Part shown: piece by piece, positions 59,791 through 64,000 of the stretch | How the letters are laid out: each line of letters starts with the position of its first letter | Numbering within the stretch: the stretch's first letter is position 1 | Origin: Scyliorhinus canicula | Lineage: Eukaryota | Direction of reading: 5' to 3' | Length of the DNA: 64,000 nucleotides | NCBI RefSeq assembly: GCF_902713615.1 | Contig: NC_052159.1 | Span: 11,420,018 to 11,484,017 of the forward strand | Program-made: the position numbers and the translations under genes | Notes under the pieces: generated by a model | Seen by the model: only the letters and a program-made list of their open reading frames with translations | The model's database searches: none | What the model was told of the DNA's origin: nothing

Positions 59791-61979
59791 CAGTGTTTTA
59801 AAAACTTTTATTCGTAGGATCCACTTTTACCAATCGTCCAACCTTCGGGACCCACGACGGCTGGCCTTCGCAATGCGCCATTTACGCTTACCTCCAATGC
59901 GACAGGTGAGCCTGCTTGGCGCTCACGATCGCACTCCAATCAGGTTCACAGGAGTGGGTATATCGAGTGCCGAGTTCAGCCAGTTCCTTTGTGCTGTCTT
60001 CATCTTTGTGAGAACGGAAAATCCAACCTTGCATGCGTAGGTCATTGAGAAGGGCAATAGCAACAAAATGCTTGTTTTACTCAGCACTGGATACTCCTCA
60101 GAGATGCTACTCCAGAATGCTGACAGCCTCATGGACTTGTGTCATGATTTTAATGTGTTATCACAGGTGAGGCGCAGAAGTTCAGTCTTCATTTGGAGTC
60201 AGCTGTAAGTTAATAATTGACCCTGGGGTGTCAAACTCAAAATTATTTTTCATACACCGCCTCTCTCAAAATCTGAAACTTCTCCTCTGGAAATTAGTGA
60301 CAAAAACTGTCAGATGTGACTGAATGAGGCTTGCCAGTCTATTGACAGTTCCCTTACTAACACTTCAATGTGTCATAGAGTGTGGGGAACATGTGGTAGT
60401 TTTGGCTTTGTACTTGCTTTTGCCAAACTGCCCATGACTTTTGGAAAGCATCTATTTCTTCACAGTGCTGAAAGTAATCATCATCCTTTCCTTGCAATTT
60501 GAGGTTCAGTTAGATTAGAATTGAAAGGATATCTGCAAGGTAAGACATAGTTAGCATCCAACTCTTATTAGTCAGAACTTCCCTGCATATAACACACATG
60601 AGCTTTGCATCCTGATTTTCATTGGCACAATTGACAAAGCCATACCTCAAGAAATCATGGGTGTGATTCTCCGCTCCCCACGCCGAGTGGGAGAATCACG
60701 GAAGGGCCGGGCGAATCACGACACGCCGCCCTGGCACCCCCCGCGATTCTCCCACCCCCCCCACTTGGAGAATTGCCGCTCGCCGTTTTGCACGGCGACC
60801 GCCGATTCTTCGGCCCGGATGAGCCGAGCTGCCTGACGTTCCCGACCTGTTCATGCCGGCGGCAACCACACCTGGTCGCTGCTGTCGTGAACATGGCGCC
60901 AAAGGTTCGTTTGTGGCTGGTGTGGGGCGGAGAGGGGAGTGAGCACCACGGCCGTGCTTGGGAGGGGACTGGCCCGCGATCGGTGCCCTCCGATCGTCGG
61001 ACCGGCGTCTCAACGGGACGCACTCTTTCCCCTCCGCCACCCCGCAAGATCAAGCCGCCACGTCTTGTGGGGCAGCGGAGGGGAAGACGGCAACCACGCA
61101 TGCGTGGGCTTGAGCCGTCAGCCGTCGTGACGTCAGCCGCGCATGCGCGGGTTGGAGCCGGCCAACCCACACATGCGCGGCTGATGTCATTAGGCACTTT
61201 GGCCGCGTCATTCTCGGCGCGCCGGGCCTTGACGCCAGCGACAAGGCCCGGCGGCCGAGATTCACGGCACGGCCAACCTGCGCATGCGCGGCTGACGTCA
61301 CTTAGGCGCTGCCGTCGCGTCATTCTCGGCGCGCCGCTTTGACGCAAATGTCAAGGACCGGCGGCCGAGATTTACGGAACACCGCTCCTAGCCCCCTGGG
61401 GGGGGGGGGGGGGGGTGAATAGGTTGCGAGGAGCGGCCTCCCCGATGCCGCGCGGGAGCGGAGAATTGCGCCCCATCTTTATACTGCTTTGTTCCCAATT
61501 TCAGTTTCTTCAGTAGACTGTGTACCAGAGGTCCTGGAGCTCTGTATATAGCTCACAGTAGCACTGCTGTGTTCTGCCATGGACTCTCCTGTGCAGCGCT
61601 CTCTGGCAGATCCAATTGTGAGATCTTGACCTGTTTATGTCTCTGGCTTTCTCTTCCTTATAATAAAATGATCCATCTTTAGTTCTTCACAGCCCTCTTT
61701 CCTTGCTTGCTTGTAGCTAGAAAATGAAGCAATCTCTCCTCCTTGATTTCACATCAAAAGCACGGACATGCTGGGCACTTGCCCTCAGTGCCGGGCATGC
61801 GACCTGCTCTCTGCTGCCACTTCTGGCCGGAAGATTGCATCACTTGCATTTAAAAGACGGTCACGGCCGTTGGATGCTTCTCCTGCGATTGGGGACGCCG
61901 CGGCCAATCGTTCCGTGACCCTCCCAACACCCGCCCGCAACTCACCGGTGAGTCTCAGCCCACAGTTTGAAAAACCCTG
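59791..61979 (-). mobile_element. hAT (Charlie/Buster-like) DNA transposon, internally deleted
   Basis: TIRs CAGTGTTTTAAAAACT / CAGGGTTTTTCAAACT and diverged 8-bp TSD GTCTCATA/GTCTGAAA. Dimerisation-domain remnant FWSSISEEYPVLSKTSILLLLPFSMTYACKVGFSVL at 59923-60132. Confidence 0.8.
60659..61473. mobile_element. GC-rich Harbinger-type MITE nested in the hAT element
   Basis: TIRs GGGTGTGATTCTCC / GGAGAATTGCGCCC, TSD CAT. Confidence 0.85.
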
Positions 61980-62192
61980 GTCTGAAAGCGAATTCCAAAG
62001 GTTCAAAACCCTCTGAATGAAAATATTGTTTCTCATTTCAGTCCTCCATGGTCGACCCCTTATTCTGAAACTATGACCCTTTCTAAACTCAAAGGAATGA
62101 GGAATGAAGACGGAAATTGCTGGGACAGCTCAGCAGGTCTGCCAGCATCTGTGGAGGGAGAAACAGAGTTAACACTATGAGTTCAATATAAT

Positions 62193-63406
62193 GGGCGGAA
62201 TTCTCCGCCAGGCCCGATGCCATCGTGAAACCCGGAGAGGTTCACGACGGCGTCGGAGGCTGCTCCTGGCCCCCTGTTCTCTCCCCGCTGGGGGGCTAGG
62301 AGGGCCGTGCCATGAATCTCGGCCGCCGGGCCTTGTCGCTGGCGTCAAGGCCCGGCGCGCCGAGAATGACGCGGCCGAAGTGCCTAATGACGTCAGCCGT
62401 GCATGTGTGGGTTGGCAGGCTCCAACCCGCGCATGCGTGGCTGACGTCATGACGGCTGACGGCTCAAACCCGCGCATGCGCGGTTGCTGTCTTCCCCTCC
62501 GCTGCCCACAAGACGTGGCGGCTTGACCTTGCGGGGCGGCGGAGGGGAAAGAGTGCGTCCCGTTGAGACGCCGGCCCGATGATCGGTGGGCACCGATCAC
62601 GGGCCAGTCCCCTCCCGAGCACGGCCGTGGTGCTCACTCCCCTCTCTGCCCCCCACAAGCCACAAAACAGCTGCTGGTGCCATGTTCACGCCGGCAGTGA
62701 CCAGGTGTGGTTGCCGCCGGCGTGAACCGGTCGGGAACGGCCGGCCGCTCGGCCTATCCGGGTCATAGAATCGCGGGTCGCCGTGAAAAACGACGGCCTA
62801 AGGGCAGCACGGTGGCGCAGTGTTAGCACTGCGGTCTCACGGCGTCGATGTCCCAGGTTCGATCCCGGCTCTGGGTCACTGTCCGTGTGGAGTTTGCACA
62901 TTCTCCCCGTGCTTGCGTGGGTTTCGCCCCCACAACCCAAAGATGTGCAGGGTAGGTGGATTGAACATGCTAAATTGCCCCTTAATTGGAAAAAATGAAT
63001 TGGGTACTCTAAATTTAAAAAAAAAGAAGAAAAAAACGAGAAAAAAAACGGCGGCCTGCGATTAGAACATAGAACATAGAACAGTACAGCACAGAACAGG
63101 CCCTTCGGCCCTCAATGTTGTGCCGAGCCATGATCACCCTACTCAAACCCACGTATCCACCCTATACCCAACAACCCCCCCCCCCCCCCTTACTTTTGTA
63201 TTAGGACACTACGGGCAATTTAGCATGGCGAATCCACCGAATCTAACCTGGGACCCTGGAGCTGTGAAGCATTTATGCTAACCACCATGCTACCCTGTCG
63301 CAAAACGCGACACACCATTTTGGGGGGGTGTGGGAGAATCGCGGGGGTTGCCAGAGCGGCCCTCCCGCGATTCTCCCACCTGGCGCGGCAGCGGAGAATC
63401 GTGCCC
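62193..63406. mobile_element. GC-rich Harbinger-type MITE carrying two SINE insertions (about 62801-63020 + and 63061-63300 -)
   Basis: TIRs GGGCGGAATTCTCC / GGAGAATCGTGCCC, TSD AAT. Confidence 0.8.
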
Positions 63407-64000
63407 AATAAGTCCGATATGACTCTTCATTGTTTCCAGTGAAGAGTCATGTTAGATGCGAAACGTTAACATGAAACGCAAGAGGCTTCCCGGCCTTCTA
63501 GCATTTACTGTTTTAATTTCGGTTCTCCAGCATTTGCGGTATTTTGCCTTTATTGTAGGGAACTTGGGCCTTGTCTAGCAGGTTGGGAAAGATTTGTGAG
63601 TAGGTCAGCATAAGCCTGACGTGGACCGTTTGGACCAAGAGGCCTGATTCCGCGTTGTCGGTTCAGTCCAATAGGCAGATTGCTCACAACATGGCCCCGT
63701 TAGCACAGAGCATGGAAACTGAAGAGAAATTTGACTTCATGTTGAAACCGCGTCAGAAAGACGACTTTCTGCTGCTCATTCCTTTGAAGATTTCAGAGTG
63801 AGTGCTCGCTGACAGGACACCAACCTACATACTCGCCTGTGCTGCTCCTATCTCATGTGCCATCAAAGCCACTTCAAATGTTGTGATAAAGAGCATGCAG
63901 TGGAGATTGCAAAGATAAAATCAAAGTGATTATGAAAGGATTATCTGTCTACCTGCATTGAAATGAAATGACTGGCTGGAAAATTTGACCCAACTTTGAC

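Noticed and set aside
63712-63800. METEEKFDFMLKPRQKDDFLLLIPLKIS with a GTGAGT donor, as a possible first exon of a plus-strand gene
   Set aside because: Single short segment at the window edge with nothing to corroborate it.

Overview
Vertebrate genomic DNA, very likely from a cartilaginous fish (catshark-like). This is inferred from the repeat landscape: HE1-type tRNA-derived V-SINEs sharing tails with CR1 LINEs, Rex1/Babar, L1, Penelope remnants and Harbinger MITEs. Most of the window is transposon-derived, and most ORF-track entries are by-products of these repeats. The one well-supported host gene is a minus-strand CD28/CTLA-4-family type I membrane receptor. I reconstructed it by hand from splice sites: leader exon 43576-43630, germline VJ-type IgV exon 20251-20613 (SLPPPH in place of MYPPPY), and stalk-Cys/TM exon 16225-16337 (YSxxxT). 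The cytoplasmic exon(s) are unresolved. Its 23-kb first intron holds a probable decayed second IgV exon, a nested L1/LTR/CR1/SINE stack, a 1.2-kb 17-bp minisatellite, and a Ty3/gypsy element with a hairpin instead of a tRNA PBS and a YLDN RT motif. About 2.8 kb upstream lies an 8.3-kb epsilon-like ERV with nearly identical LTRs but a badly decayed, apparently chimeric interior: two gag starts, a 2H-phosphoesterase-like remnant and an env lacking its fusion peptide. No database searches were possible, so family assignments rest on motif recognition, and repeat boundaries without TSDs are approximate.
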